The notes beneath the pieces are model-generated. The model searched no databases. It saw nothing but the letters and a program-made list of their open reading frames with translations, and was not told where the DNA came from. A stretch of 64,000 bases of DNA from an uncultured Oscillospiraceae bacterium (GTDB lineage: Bacteria; Bacillota; Clostridia; Oscillospirales; Ruminococcaceae): assembly GCA_964573335.1 (NCBI GenBank), contig CAZNJJ010000001.1:2003-66002 (forward strand), given 5' to 3'. Shown piece after piece: positions 19,376 to 28,471 of the stretch (its first letter is position 1; every line of letters starts with the position of its first letter). Position numbers and translations under genes: made by a program.

Positions 19376-20227
19376 TTACTTGGCATTTTGGGAGATAACA
19401 TATCTGCCTACTACCGAGTCAACCACAAACACGTCGATTCTGCCTGCCTGAAGATCCATATAGGCAGAAACGTTGTCGGCATATTCCACTACCTCTTTCA
19501 CCTTTGCGCTGACAGGGTCGGCATTGAGCGCGTCAAGGGAAGAAGAACCCTTCTGCAAGCCGATAATCTTGCCCTCAAGCTGTGCCTTGGAGGTGATTCC
19601 CGAAGAAGCGGGAACAATGATTATCTGCTGATTGGCGATATAGGGCTTTGCAAAGAACATATTCTCGATTCTCTCATCGGTTATCGACATACCGTTCCAG
19701 ATGCAGTCGATTTTGCCGGAATTAAGCTCAAGCTCCTTGGAGTCCCAGTCGATAGGCTGAAATTCAACCTCAACGCCCATTCTCGAGGCAACCTCGCGGG
19801 CAAGGTCAATATCAAATCCGACTATCTCGTTCTTTTCATCACGGAAACCCATGGGAGGATAGCTGTCATCAAGTCCTACGATAAACTTGCCCTTGGATTT
19901 GATATTCTCGAGCGACTTGTCATCGGCGGGAACGGTGCTTTCCTCAAGGAAATCGGAGTCCTTAAAGAGAGCGTCGGTTCCGAACCATTTGTTGGATATT
20001 TCGGCTGCCTTGCCGTCCTTTATCATCTCGTCGAGCATCTTCTGAACCTCGAGTCCAAACGCAATATCGCCGTTTCTGAAGCCGATGCCGTATTTCTCCG
20101 CGCCGAGATCCTCACTCAGCTCAACATAGCTCTCGGTTTCAGCGGTTTCGGCGGGCTTAGAGCCGGAGCAGGCACAAAGTCCGAACACCATAACAGCGGC
20201 AACAGCCGCGCAGATAAATCTTTTCAT
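19376..20227 (-). CDS. Family-3 amino acid-binding lipoprotein, circularly permuted
   Basis: Lipobox LCAC; VGLDDSYPPMGF, GFDIDLA, IDWD, WNG, DLQAGRID motifs; the usual C-terminal YGIGFR...KWFG block precedes them. Confidence 0.9.
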   Translation of the reverse strand: MKRFICAAVAAVMVFGLCACSGSKPAETAETESYVELSEDLGAEKYGIGFRNGDIAFGLEVQKMLDEMIKDGKAAEISNKWFGTDALFKDSDFLEESTVPADDKSLENIKSKGKFIVGLDDSYPPMGFRDEKNEIVGFDIDLAREVASRMGVEVEFQPIDWDSKELELNSGKIDCIWNGMSITDERIENMFFAKPYIANQQIIIVPASSGITSKAQLEGKIIGLQKGSSSLDALNADPVSAKVKEVVEYADNVSAYMDLQAGRIDVFVVDSVVGRYVISQNAK

Positions 20228-20434
20228 AACAGATACTGTCCTTTCGGTTTTTGATTTGGTTTGATCATTATAACATTTTAGCATGGTAAAACGCTACCAT
20301 GAAAAAGTGAATCCAATCGCTCAAATTTTCAAATTATCTCATCAAATCTCGCTTTTGCTCCCGAATATGCAGCTTTTCTCTAATATGCGTTTTTGTTGAA
20401 AGCGACGAAAAAGAAATTTCATTTGATAAACCTG

Positions 20435-20463
20435 TTGCATTTTTCAAAAGAAAATAGTATAAT
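20435..20463 (+). promoter_or_regulatory. sigma-A promoter of tRNA-Val
   Basis: TTGCAT-17-TATAAT. Confidence 0.7.
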
Positions 20464-20484
20464 AGCACCTGTCGTTATCGGCAC

Positions 20485-20560
20485 GGACGATTAGCTCAGC
20501 TGGTAGAGCATTCGCTTGACGTGCGAAGGGTCAGCGGTTCGAGCCCGTTATCGTCCACCA
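20485..20560 (+). tRNA. tRNA-Val (anticodon GAC)
   Basis: 76 nt; GGACGAT/ATCGTCC acceptor stem, AGCTCAGCTGGTAGAGC D arm, TTCGC-TTGACGT-GCGAA anticodon arm, GGTTCGAGCCC T arm, encoded CCA. Confidence 0.97.
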
Positions 20561-20561
20561 T

Positions 20562-20589
20562 AAAAAGCACCCGTTTTGGGTGCTTTTTT
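20562..20589 (+). terminator. Terminator after tRNA-Val
   Basis: aaaaagcaccc/gggtgcttttt. Confidence 0.8.
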
Positions 20590-20655
20590 GTTTTGTCACC
20601 TTCTCTCCCGCTTTCATATCATGGAATATGAAAATTCAAAACGGGAGGTACAGCT

Positions 20656-21396
20656 ATGCCGAAAATCTATCTGAGTCCCTCAACGCAGGAGGGCAATCGG
20701 TATGTAACCGGCGGCTCGGAGGAATACTATATGAATCTGGTGGCAGACGCGCTCGAGCCGTATCTTGTCGCCAACGCCATTCAATTCACCCGCAACCGCC
20801 CCGATATGACGGTGACGCAGATTCAGCGGGAATCAAACGCCGGAGATTATGCCCTGCATCTCGCGCTCCACTCAAACGCCGCCCCCGAGGGACAATACGG
20901 CTCTCTGCGAGGGGTGGATATATACTACTTCCCCGGCAGCACCGCCGGCAGACGCGCCGCCGAGATAACCGCCGAGAATTTCAAGGTGATATACCCCGAC
21001 CCTAATCGGGTAACTGTGCGAACCACAACCGCGCTCGGCGAGGTTGACAGGGTGAAAGCGCCCTCACTCTTTATCGAGATTGCCTATCACGACAATATCG
21101 ACGATGCCAACTGGATAATCGAAAATATCGACCTTATCGCCAGAACGATTGCACTTTCCCTCGCGGAGTATTTCGGGCAGCCGTTCTTTGAGCCTGTCGC
21201 TCCTACCGATGCCTATGTCAGAACAAATTTCGGCAATCTCAATCTCCGCGCCCGACCCAACACCTCCTCACAGATAATCGGCAGTATTCCAAACGGCGCC
21301 GCCGTCACGGTAAACGGGCTTATTCCCGACTGGGCAAGCATCGGCTACAACCAAAAAGTGGGATTTGTAAGCAGAAAATATCTGTCGGGAGTTTAA
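20656..21396 (+). CDS. N-acetylmuramoyl-L-alanine amidase (Amidase_3-like) with C-terminal SH3b domain
   Basis: ALHSNA, LFIEIAYHDN; LNLRARPNTSS...GFVSRKYL SH3b; N-terminal motif is SPSTQ instead of DxGH. Confidence 0.82.
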   Translation: MPKIYLSPSTQEGNRYVTGGSEEYYMNLVADALEPYLVANAIQFTRNRPDMTVTQIQRESNAGDYALHLALHSNAAPEGQYGSLRGVDIYYFPGSTAGRRAAEITAENFKVIYPDPNRVTVRTTTALGEVDRVKAPSLFIEIAYHDNIDDANWIIENIDLIARTIALSLAEYFGQPFFEPVAPTDAYVRTNFGNLNLRARPNTSSQIIGSIPNGAAVTVNGLIPDWASIGYNQKVGFVSRKYLSGV

Positions 21397-21432
21397 AATA
21401 TATTCAAAATGCAAATATTTACATTATGTTCT

Positions 21433-21461
21433 TTGACATTAGCGGATATTAGCGATAGAAT
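21433..21461 (+). promoter_or_regulatory. sigma-A promoter of secA
   Basis: TTGACA-17-TAGAAT. Confidence 0.7.
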
Positions 21462-21496
21462 AATATAAATATGTTTTTAAAAACGAGGTATCACAA

Positions 21497-24223
21497 ATGG
21501 GGCTTTTTGAAAAAATCTTCGGAACCTATTCCGATAAAGAGCTGAAGCGTATTCGCCCTATCGCAGACAAGGTGCTGGCGTTGGAGGGGCAGTATCAGAG
21601 CCTTTCCGACAGCGAGCTGCGCGCGGTGACTCCCGCTTTGAAGGAGCGTCTCGCAAAAGGCGAAACGCTTGATGATATTCTTCCCGATGCGTTTGCCGCC
21701 TGCCGTGAGGCTGCGTGGCGTGTTTTGGGGCTGAAGCATTTCCCCGTTCAGATAATAGGCGGCATAGTTCTGCATCAGGGCAGAATCGCCGAAATGAGAA
21801 CCGGCGAGGGCAAAACTCTGGTAGCCACCCTCCCCTCCTATCTGAACGCGCTCACCGGAGAGGGCGTTCACATCGTAACGGTAAACGACTATCTTGCCCG
21901 CCGCGACAGCGAAATGATGGGCAAGGTGCATCGCTTTATGGGACTTACCGTCGGTCTTGCCGTTCCCGGAATGGAGCCAAAGGAAAAGCAGAAAGCTTAT
22001 GCCTGCGATATAACCTACGCCACTAACAACGAGCTGGGATTCGACTATCTGCGTGACAACATGGTGGTCTACAAGGAAAACCTTGTTCAGCGCGGTCATG
22101 CGTTCGCCATTGTTGACGAGGTGGACTCTATCCTTATCGACGAGGCGAGAACCCCTCTTATCATATCCGGTCAGGGAGATAACTCCAGCGACCTTTATGA
22201 GCGCGCCGACAAGCTGGCAAAGATGCTAAAGCGCACCAAGGTTGCGGAGCTTGACGACAAGCAGGAGCAGGAAAGCTACGAGGGCGATTATCTCGTAGAC
22301 GAAAAGGCACGCACCGCCACACTCACCCAGTCGGGAATCAAAAAAGCGGAGAGCTTTTTCAATATCGAAAACCTCAACGACCCCGAAAATCTCACCATTT
22401 CCCACCATGTCAATCAGGCGATAAAGGCAAACGGAATCATGCAGCGTGATGTTGACTACGTTGTCAAGGACGGAGAGGTCATCATCGTTGACGAGTTTAC
22501 CGGCAGACTGATGATAGGCCGCCGCTACAACGAGGGACTGCATCAGGCGATAGAGGCAAAGGAAGGGGTAAAGGTTGAGCGTGAGAGCAAAACTCTCGCT
22601 TCCATCACCTTCCAGAACTACTTCAGAATGTATAAAAAGCTATCCGGCATGACCGGCACCGCCATCACCGAGGAGCGCGAATTCCGTGAGATATACAGCC
22701 TTGACGTTGTGGCTATCCCCACCAACCGCCCCGTTATCCGCAAGGATTATGACGATGTTATCTACCGCACCGAGCAGGGCAAATTCAATGCCGTTATCGA
22801 GCAGATAATCGAGTGCCACCAAAAGGGTCAGCCTGTTCTGGTGGGAACTGTTTCCATCGACAAATCCGAGCTTCTCTCCTCAATGCTCAAGCGCAGAGGT
22901 ATTCCCCATGAGGTGCTGAACGCAAAGCACCATGAGCGTGAAGCGGCTATCGTTGCTCAGGCGGGCAAATTCGGCGCTGTGACCATCGCCACCAACATGG
23001 CGGGCCGCGGTACCGACATCATGCTCGGCGGCAATGCCGAATTTATGGCAAAGAGCGAAATGCGTAAAAATGAGATTCCCGATGAGCTTATCGAGGAGGC
23101 TACCGGTCATTCCGAAACCGATAACGAGGATATTCTCAGCGCGAGAAAGCTCTATTCAGAGCTGCTTGAAAAATACAAAGCTCAAATCGCCCCCGAGGCG
23201 GAAAAGGTCAAGGAAGCGGGCGGTCTGTTCATAATCGGAACCGAACGCCACGAGTCGAGAAGAATCGACAATCAGCTCCGCGGTCGTTCCGGCAGACAGG
23301 GCGATCCGGGCGAATCCCGCTTCTTCCTCTCACTGGAAGACGACCTCATGCGTCTCTTCGGCGGCGACAGAATAGATTCGATGATGAAGGCGCTCAACGT
23401 TGATGACAACACCCCCATCGAGGCAAAGATGCTCTCCAATGTTATCGAGTCCTCGCAGGCAAAGGTGGAAGGGCGCAACTTCTCGGCAAGAAAGAGCGTT
23501 CTCGATTTCGATGATGTTATGCGTATGCAGCGCGAGATGATTTATTCACAGCGCAAAAAGGTCATTGACGGCGAGGATATTCACGATACGATAATCCGTA
23601 TGTTTGAGGGAGTTGTTTCCGATGCCGTCGCCTCCTATATCGGCGACGAATCCGAAAAGGAAAACTGGAATCTCACCGGACTTCGCAACCACTTCCTCGG
23701 CTGGCTCACCACCGAGGAGGATCTCAACTACACCATAGGTCAGCTTGATGAAATAAGCCGTGAGGATATTACCCGTGAGCTTACTCAAAAGGCGCTGGCT
23801 CTCTATTCCGCAAAGGAAGAAGCGTGGGGCGTTCCGATAACACGCGATGTCGAGCGAATGGTGCTTTTGAGAAATGTCGATATTCACTGGATGGACCATA
23901 TCGACGCCATGGACGAACTCAGACGCGGAATCAGGCTGAGAAGCTACGGTCAACAGGATCCGGTAGTCGCCTATCGTATGGAAGGCTCGGATATGTACGA
24001 CGCTATGGTAGCCTCTATCCGTGAGGACACCGTAAAGATGCTGCTCACCGTCCGAATAAGGATAGAAGTTCCGGTAGAGCGTGAGCAGGTAGCAAAGCCC
24101 ACACAGTCGGTATCCGACGGAAGCGACCAGAAGAGCGTTCAGCGCAGCTCCAAAAAGGTCGGCAGAAATGACCCCTGCCCCTGCGGAAGCGGCAAAAAAT
24201 ATAAGCACTGCTGCGGCAGATGA
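21497..24223 (+). CDS. secA: Preprotein translocase subunit SecA
   Basis: [74 protein letters not shown]. Confidence 0.99.
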   Translation: MGLFEKIFGTYSDKELKRIRPIADKVLALEGQYQSLSDSELRAVTPALKERLAKGETLDDILPDAFAACREAAWRVLGLKHFPVQIIGGIVLHQGRIAEMRTGEGKTLVATLPSYLNALTGEGVHIVTVNDYLARRDSEMMGKVHRFMGLTVGLAVPGMEPKEKQKAYACDITYATNNELGFDYLRDNMVVYKENLVQRGHAFAIVDEVDSILIDEARTPLIISGQGDNSSDLYERADKLAKMLKRTKVAELDDKQEQESYEGDYLVDEKARTATLTQSGIKKAESFFNIENLNDPENLTISHHVNQAIKANGIMQRDVDYVVKDGEVIIVDEFTGRLMIGRRYNEGLHQAIEAKEGVKVERESKTLASITFQNYFRMYKKLSGMTGTAITEEREFREIYSLDVVAIPTNRPVIRKDYDDVIYRTEQGKFNAVIEQIIECHQKGQPVLVGTVSIDKSELLSSMLKRRGIPHEVLNAKHHEREAAIVAQAGKFGAVTIATNMAGRGTDIMLGGNAEFMAKSEMRKNEIPDELIEEATGHSETDNEDILSARKLYSELLEKYKAQIAPEAEKVKEAGGLFIIGTERHESRRIDNQLRGRSGRQGDPGESRFFLSLEDDLMRLFGGDRIDSMMKALNVDDNTPIEAKMLSNVIESSQAKVEGRNFSARKSVLDFDDVMRMQREMIYSQRKKVIDGEDIHDTIIRMFEGVVSDAVASYIGDESEKENWNLTGLRNHFLGWLTTEEDLNYTIGQLDEISREDITRELTQKALALYSAKEEAWGVPITRDVERMVLLRNVDIHWMDHIDAMDELRRGIRLRSYGQQDPVVAYRMEGSDMYDAMVASIREDTVKMLLTVRIRIEVPVEREQVAKPTQSVSDGSDQKSVQRSSKKVGRNDPCPCGSGKKYKHCCGR

Positions 24224-24229
24224 TTTTTA

Positions 24230-24268
24230 AGGCGAAGCGCCGTAATTTAAAGCGGCGCTTCGCTTTTT
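24230..24268 (+). terminator. Terminator after secA
   Basis: aggcgaagcgccg/cggcgcttcgctt followed by T tract. Confidence 0.8.
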
Positions 24269-24342
24269 AAGTTTTTTGCAACAGAATTGCCTTTTATCGG
24301 CACTTATGTTATAACTTCTCAAATGAAAGGATAGATATTATT

Positions 24343-24657
24343 ATGAAAAAGAAGATTATTCTCGCGGCAGTTTCCGCCGCTCTCGCACTTTCCATGGCGG
24401 TTTCCGCTTTTGCGGAATATATCCCCTGCGCTGACGGCCATGAGGCTCACAATTTCGGTGAGTGGACACTCAAAGAAAGCTTTTCCGACGGAAACACCCT
24501 TTCCGAGCGGGTGTGCGAAAGATGCGGATATGTCCAAAAGGGTTACGGCCGCACCGATGATGCGGATAATTCCCACATGGCTGTAACTATGTCGCTCGAT
24601 ATAGGTGAACCTGCCGTCGCACCCGCCTTCAACCCCTCTACCGGTGCCGAGGCATAA
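24343..24657 (+). CDS. Small secreted protein ending in NPSTGAEA
   Basis: Signal peptide (AFA cleavage), HNFGEW...CERCG module, AAAGGA RBS. Confidence 0.75.
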   Translation: MKKKIILAAVSAALALSMAVSAFAEYIPCADGHEAHNFGEWTLKESFSDGNTLSERVCERCGYVQKGYGRTDDADNSHMAVTMSLDIGEPAVAPAFNPSTGAEA

Positions 24658-24764
24658 TAATTCTTTGCGTTTTTTTACTTTTTTATTAAATTTTTTGCCA
24701 ACCGATTTACTTATTCATTGTTTTAATGTATCATAGCGCCATAGTGAAAAGGGGCGTGACCTCC

Positions 24765-25454
24765 TTGCTCTGCCTAAAGCATATAAAAAAGAATTTCGGC
24801 TCGGCGTCGGTATTAAAAGACGTGAATCTCACCGTAAAAGGCGGTGAGGTTATCTGCATCGCCGGAAAAAACGCCGCAGGAAAAACCACTCTGCTGAATA
24901 TCGCCGCAGGTATTCAAAAAGCCGACAGCGGCGAGGTGATATTCGATAAAAAGCCATCTCTGCTCACTCAGGAACCCGCTGTTCTCCCCCGACTTTCGGT
25001 TGAGGACAATCTGCGGCTTTGGTATGCCGCCGCGGATATTCCGTGGCGGGGATTTGATATGGAGCTGTGCGAATTTATGCCGCAGCTTTTTGAGCAGAGG
25101 AAAAAGCGGGCTGAAAAACTTTCCGGCGGAATGAAAAAGCGGCTCTCGATAGCCTGTTCTCTCGCCGTGAGAGCCGATATTCTGCTGTTTGACGAGCCTT
25201 TTGCCGCACTTGACCCCGAGGGCTGTCTCCTGCTTACAGGACTTATCTCAAGGCTGAAAGCCGAAAACAAAGCGATATGCTTTACCTCGCATGAGCCGCA
25301 GCATATCGCCGACACAGCCGATGAGCTGTTTCTATTGAAAAACGGATTTCTCGAGCAAGCCGCCACCTTGAATAACATTTTTGCCGAAAAGCGCCGCCAA
25401 GCGGTTTTGTCAGCACTGTTCGGCGATAACACCGGAGGAACAAACGATGAATGA
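24765..25454 (+). CDS. ABC exporter ATP-binding protein
   Basis: GKNAAGKTT, LSGGMKKR, LLFDEP, H-loop. Confidence 0.9.
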   Translation: MLCLKHIKKNFGSASVLKDVNLTVKGGEVICIAGKNAAGKTTLLNIAAGIQKADSGEVIFDKKPSLLTQEPAVLPRLSVEDNLRLWYAAADIPWRGFDMELCEFMPQLFEQRKKRAEKLSGGMKKRLSIACSLAVRADILLFDEPFAALDPEGCLLLTGLISRLKAENKAICFTSHEPQHIADTADELFLLKNGFLEQAATLNNIFAEKRRQAVLSALFGDNTGGTNDE

Positions 25455-27111
25455 AAGCAATACAAACACCGAGCTTTTGCCGACAGAGCAGCAGGAAATC
25501 ATAAATTCCGCCGCCCTTTCGGAAGAAGCGGGAGCGACCGTTACAGCTCCCTCTCCGCGCAAAAAATTCCCGACAGCCGCCGTTGTCAGCGCCGTTTTAG
25601 CCTGCGCCGCGGTGGTGGGAGGACTTTTTGCCGCAAAGAGCTTTTTCTCGCCCAAGCCGGAAAAGATAGTCCTTGAGGCGTTTGAAGCTACCGTAACACA
25701 ACAGCAAAATCTCACCGATGAGATATATGAAACTATTCCCGCGGCAGAAAGGCTGTTAAAGCCCTCCGAGGCAGCGCCTTCCGAAACCGCGTTCGACCTC
25801 ACCCTGCGTTCTGTTGAGGGAATAGACTACGCGCAGCTTGTCAGCGCAATGATAGCCGATTCGGGAATAAGCGGCACTGTCCTCACCGACCCCGACAGCG
25901 GAAGCAGTCTCGCGGATATAACAGTCGGTCTTAAAAGAAAGCCGCTGATAAATGCACAGCTCTATCTCTCGCCCGAGCTTGTCACAGCAGCCGTTCCCAC
26001 CTTTTCCGACAAGGTTATCTCCGCGGCTCCTCAAAATTTTGCCGCCGACTACAAAAACAGCATCTTCAACAAAACCGCTCCGATGAGCGATGATGAACTC
26101 GAAATGATGCAGCAGCTCATCACAGGCGAGCTTGAATACATAAAGACTCTCGGCAGCATCTCCTATCAAAAGCTGGTAGACGACATCACCGCAATAATCG
26201 CAAAACCGCTTGAAACCGCCGTTTTCGACTATGATAAAGCCAACGGCAGATATATCGTCACCCTTGACGGTGAAGCGGTAAAGAGCGCGGTATGCGAATA
26301 CTATCGCTATCTCTATATTGATTCCGATATAGCTCCCGCCATGGAAAAGCTGCTGATGCCGCTGTTTACCGCTTCACAGATGGCAAAGGAAGACTACAAT
26401 TCCACCATGGACGGTATCTTAGCCGAATTGCAAGAGAATATCCCTCCGCTTGAAACCGTTATCTCACTTGAGATAGACAATGGGCTTATCAAAACGGCAA
26501 ATATCATTGCAACTCCCACAGAACAAATCGACGGCAATTCTGTTTTCACTTCTCCCTTTACCGCCGATATTGTTTTCAATGAGAATAACAGCAGCATCAA
26601 TATGGTATTCAATATCAATAACCCCGCCGACGGCACCGAAATGAAAATGACTGTCAATGCCGATGGTCTTTTTGCCGACAATCTCTACACCCTCAACGTC
26701 AAGGTCGATGCCGAATCCGACGGCTCGATTGTGACCGTTCCGCTTGTTATCACCATAGCGGCAGAGGGAGATTACAGCATTGATTTAGGCTTTGACACCA
26801 CCGTATCCGACAGAAATGTCAAGTTGGATTTCAGCGCCGACGGCACCGCTTCTCTCGAGGAGGACTTTTTCACCGTTGAGCTTCCTTCCTCCAGAATTGA
26901 CTATGCCGTTTCCGCCGATAATTTGAATACGAGCGGCGCGCTGGTGTTCGATTATCGCCAAAGCAGCACCCCGCTCACCGAAAGAATAGCTCCTCCCAAG
27001 AATCATATTTCGATATTCTCCTTTAACGAACAGGGTCTGCAACAGCTTATCGACGAGTACAGCGCCGGAGCGCAGTCTCTCGCCGGAAAACTCATGAGCG
27101 CTTTTATGTGA
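25447..27111 (+). CDS. Membrane-anchored extracytoplasmic hypothetical protein (554 aa)
   Basis: GGAGG RBS, one N-terminal TM (AAVVSAVLACAAVVGGLFAA), acidic beta-rich C-terminal half. Confidence 0.75.
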   Translation: MNESNTNTELLPTEQQEIINSAALSEEAGATVTAPSPRKKFPTAAVVSAVLACAAVVGGLFAAKSFFSPKPEKIVLEAFEATVTQQQNLTDEIYETIPAAERLLKPSEAAPSETAFDLTLRSVEGIDYAQLVSAMIADSGISGTVLTDPDSGSSLADITVGLKRKPLINAQLYLSPELVTAAVPTFSDKVISAAPQNFAADYKNSIFNKTAPMSDDELEMMQQLITGELEYIKTLGSISYQKLVDDITAIIAKPLETAVFDYDKANGRYIVTLDGEAVKSAVCEYYRYLYIDSDIAPAMEKLLMPLFTASQMAKEDYNSTMDGILAELQENIPPLETVISLEIDNGLIKTANIIATPTEQIDGNSVFTSPFTADIVFNENNSSINMVFNINNPADGTEMKMTVNADGLFADNLYTLNVKVDAESDGSIVTVPLVITIAAEGDYSIDLGFDTTVSDRNVKLDFSADGTASLEEDFFTVELPSSRIDYAVSADNLNTSGALVFDYRQSSTPLTERIAPPKNHISIFSFNEQGLQQLIDEYSAGAQSLAGKLMSAFM

Positions 27112-27130
27112 GCGAATCAGCTTAAAACAA

Positions 27131-27167
27131 CAGCCGATGCCCCAAATCGGGCATCGGCTGAATTTTT
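27131..27167 (+). terminator. Terminator inside the ABC cluster
   Basis: 12-bp stem cagccgatgccc/gggcatcggctg then aattttt. Confidence 0.7.
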
Positions 27168-27260
27168 GTCCCCGCCGCCGTCGATGCAAACTTCTTCGGC
27201 GAATATGACTCGCCGCCGTTTTTCTCGCCCGCTTTGCAGGCAACCGAAAAACATGGCAAA

Positions 27261-27291
27261 TTATATCATATCGCTTTGCGATATGATATAA
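27261..27291. promoter_or_regulatory. Perfect 14-bp inverted repeat overlapping a TATAAT -10 box
   Basis: TTATATCATATCGC-TTT-GCGATATGATATAA; tataat at 27287-27292. Confidence 0.6.
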
Positions 27292-27337
27292 TAATCTAAT
27301 ATCCGTATCATCGGTCAGCAGCAAGGGGGAATGGGAT

Positions 27338-28471
27338 TTGCGGCTTTTCTTCAGCGCTTTTGTTATCGCTTTAAAAAAATCGGTTCTGCCGCTTGTTTCG
27401 CTGATGCTGGTTCTGACACTGGCGGGCGGTATTGTAGCGGCGGCTGTGTCCTCCTCAAACGCCGTCTTTGAGCCGATTGAAATTGCGGTAGTCAGCGGCG
27501 ACAACAGCGACATGGCTGTGTCGCTTATCGAAACGACCGTCAACAGCCGCTTCAAGTCGCTCGCCCAAATAAAGCTCTGCAAAAGCGAATCGGAAGCGCT
27601 CGGCTCTGCCGCCGTCATCACTCTGCCAAACGGATTTTGGCAAAGCCTGATGACAGGCGAAAATCTTTCGCCGAAACTCACGATAAAAGCATCTTCCCCT
27701 TTTGAATATATCTGGGTGGAAACTCTGGCAGAAAGCGCAGCCCGACTTTTGAGCCGCGCCCAAAACGCGGTGGGTGGAATTTACGCCGCCGCTCTGGCAG
27801 ATGGATTGAGCGCAAAAGAAACCGATTGGCTGATTTTTTCAGCGGATATGACCCTTTTAAACGACTATCTCACCCGAAAAGGCAGATTTGAGAGTGTTGA
27901 GGTTTCCGCAACCGGCAATATTGCCGTTTTGGAATATTATCTCTGCTCGGCGGCATCATTCGCCCTATTCTCGCTTCTCTTTTTGATATATGAACCGATA
28001 GCCGATATAAAAACGTTCAGCCGCTTTTCCGGCTGCAAAATCCGATGCTTTTTCGCCGCCGGCATATCGGCGCTGATACTGTGCTGTCTGCTCACGGCCT
28101 TTGCCGCTGTCGCTTTGAGCGGCGGCATCGCCTCCTTCTTCTCTGCCGAAATGCTCTCTGCGGCGGTTCTCTGCGCCGCTTTACTGCTTTTCGCCGTCAC
28201 ATTTCTGCCGGATATGCCCTGCTCTGCCGCTTTCTGCTTTGGATTAGCGGCGGTTCAGGCAATTTTCGGCGGCGGATTTATCCCCGAGCCGCTGTTGCCG
28301 CAGGAGCTTTCTGCGCTCTGCGGCATAATGCCGCTCTCTTTGCTCAGGCGGCTTTTTTCCGACGCGGTTTTCTCGGCGGGATTTAACTGCGGCGCTCTGC
28401 CGTTGGTATGGTGTCTCTCACTGACCGCGCTTTCCGCCGCAAAATGGCTGAGAACGGGGGAAAACAGATGA
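27338..28471 (+). CDS. ABC-2 type exporter permease
   Basis: TM1, extracytoplasmic domain, then 5 TMs; FGGGFIPEPLLP...IMP motif. Confidence 0.8.
   Translation: MRLFFSAFVIALKKSVLPLVSLMLVLTLAGGIVAAAVSSSNAVFEPIEIAVVSGDNSDMAVSLIETTVNSRFKSLAQIKLCKSESEALGSAAVITLPNGFWQSLMTGENLSPKLTIKASSPFEYIWVETLAESAARLLSRAQNAVGGIYAAALADGLSAKETDWLIFSADMTLLNDYLTRKGRFESVEVSATGNIAVLEYYLCSAASFALFSLLFLIYEPIADIKTFSRFSGCKIRCFFAAGISALILCCLLTAFAAVALSGGIASFFSAEMLSAAVLCAALLLFAVTFLPDMPCSAAFCFGLAAVQAIFGGGFIPEPLLPQELSALCGIMPLSLLRRLFSDAVFSAGFNCGALPLVWCLSLTALSAAKWLRTGENR

Noticed and set aside
20485-20600. tRNA-Val as an integration site
   Set aside because: It is followed directly by its terminator and an amidase gene; I saw no duplicated tRNA 3' end or integrase in the window
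20594-20625. Sporulation sigma-E/sigma-K promoter for the amidase (gtcacc-N14-catatcat)
   Set aside because: Spacing is slightly off and the motif is too short to support from sequence alone
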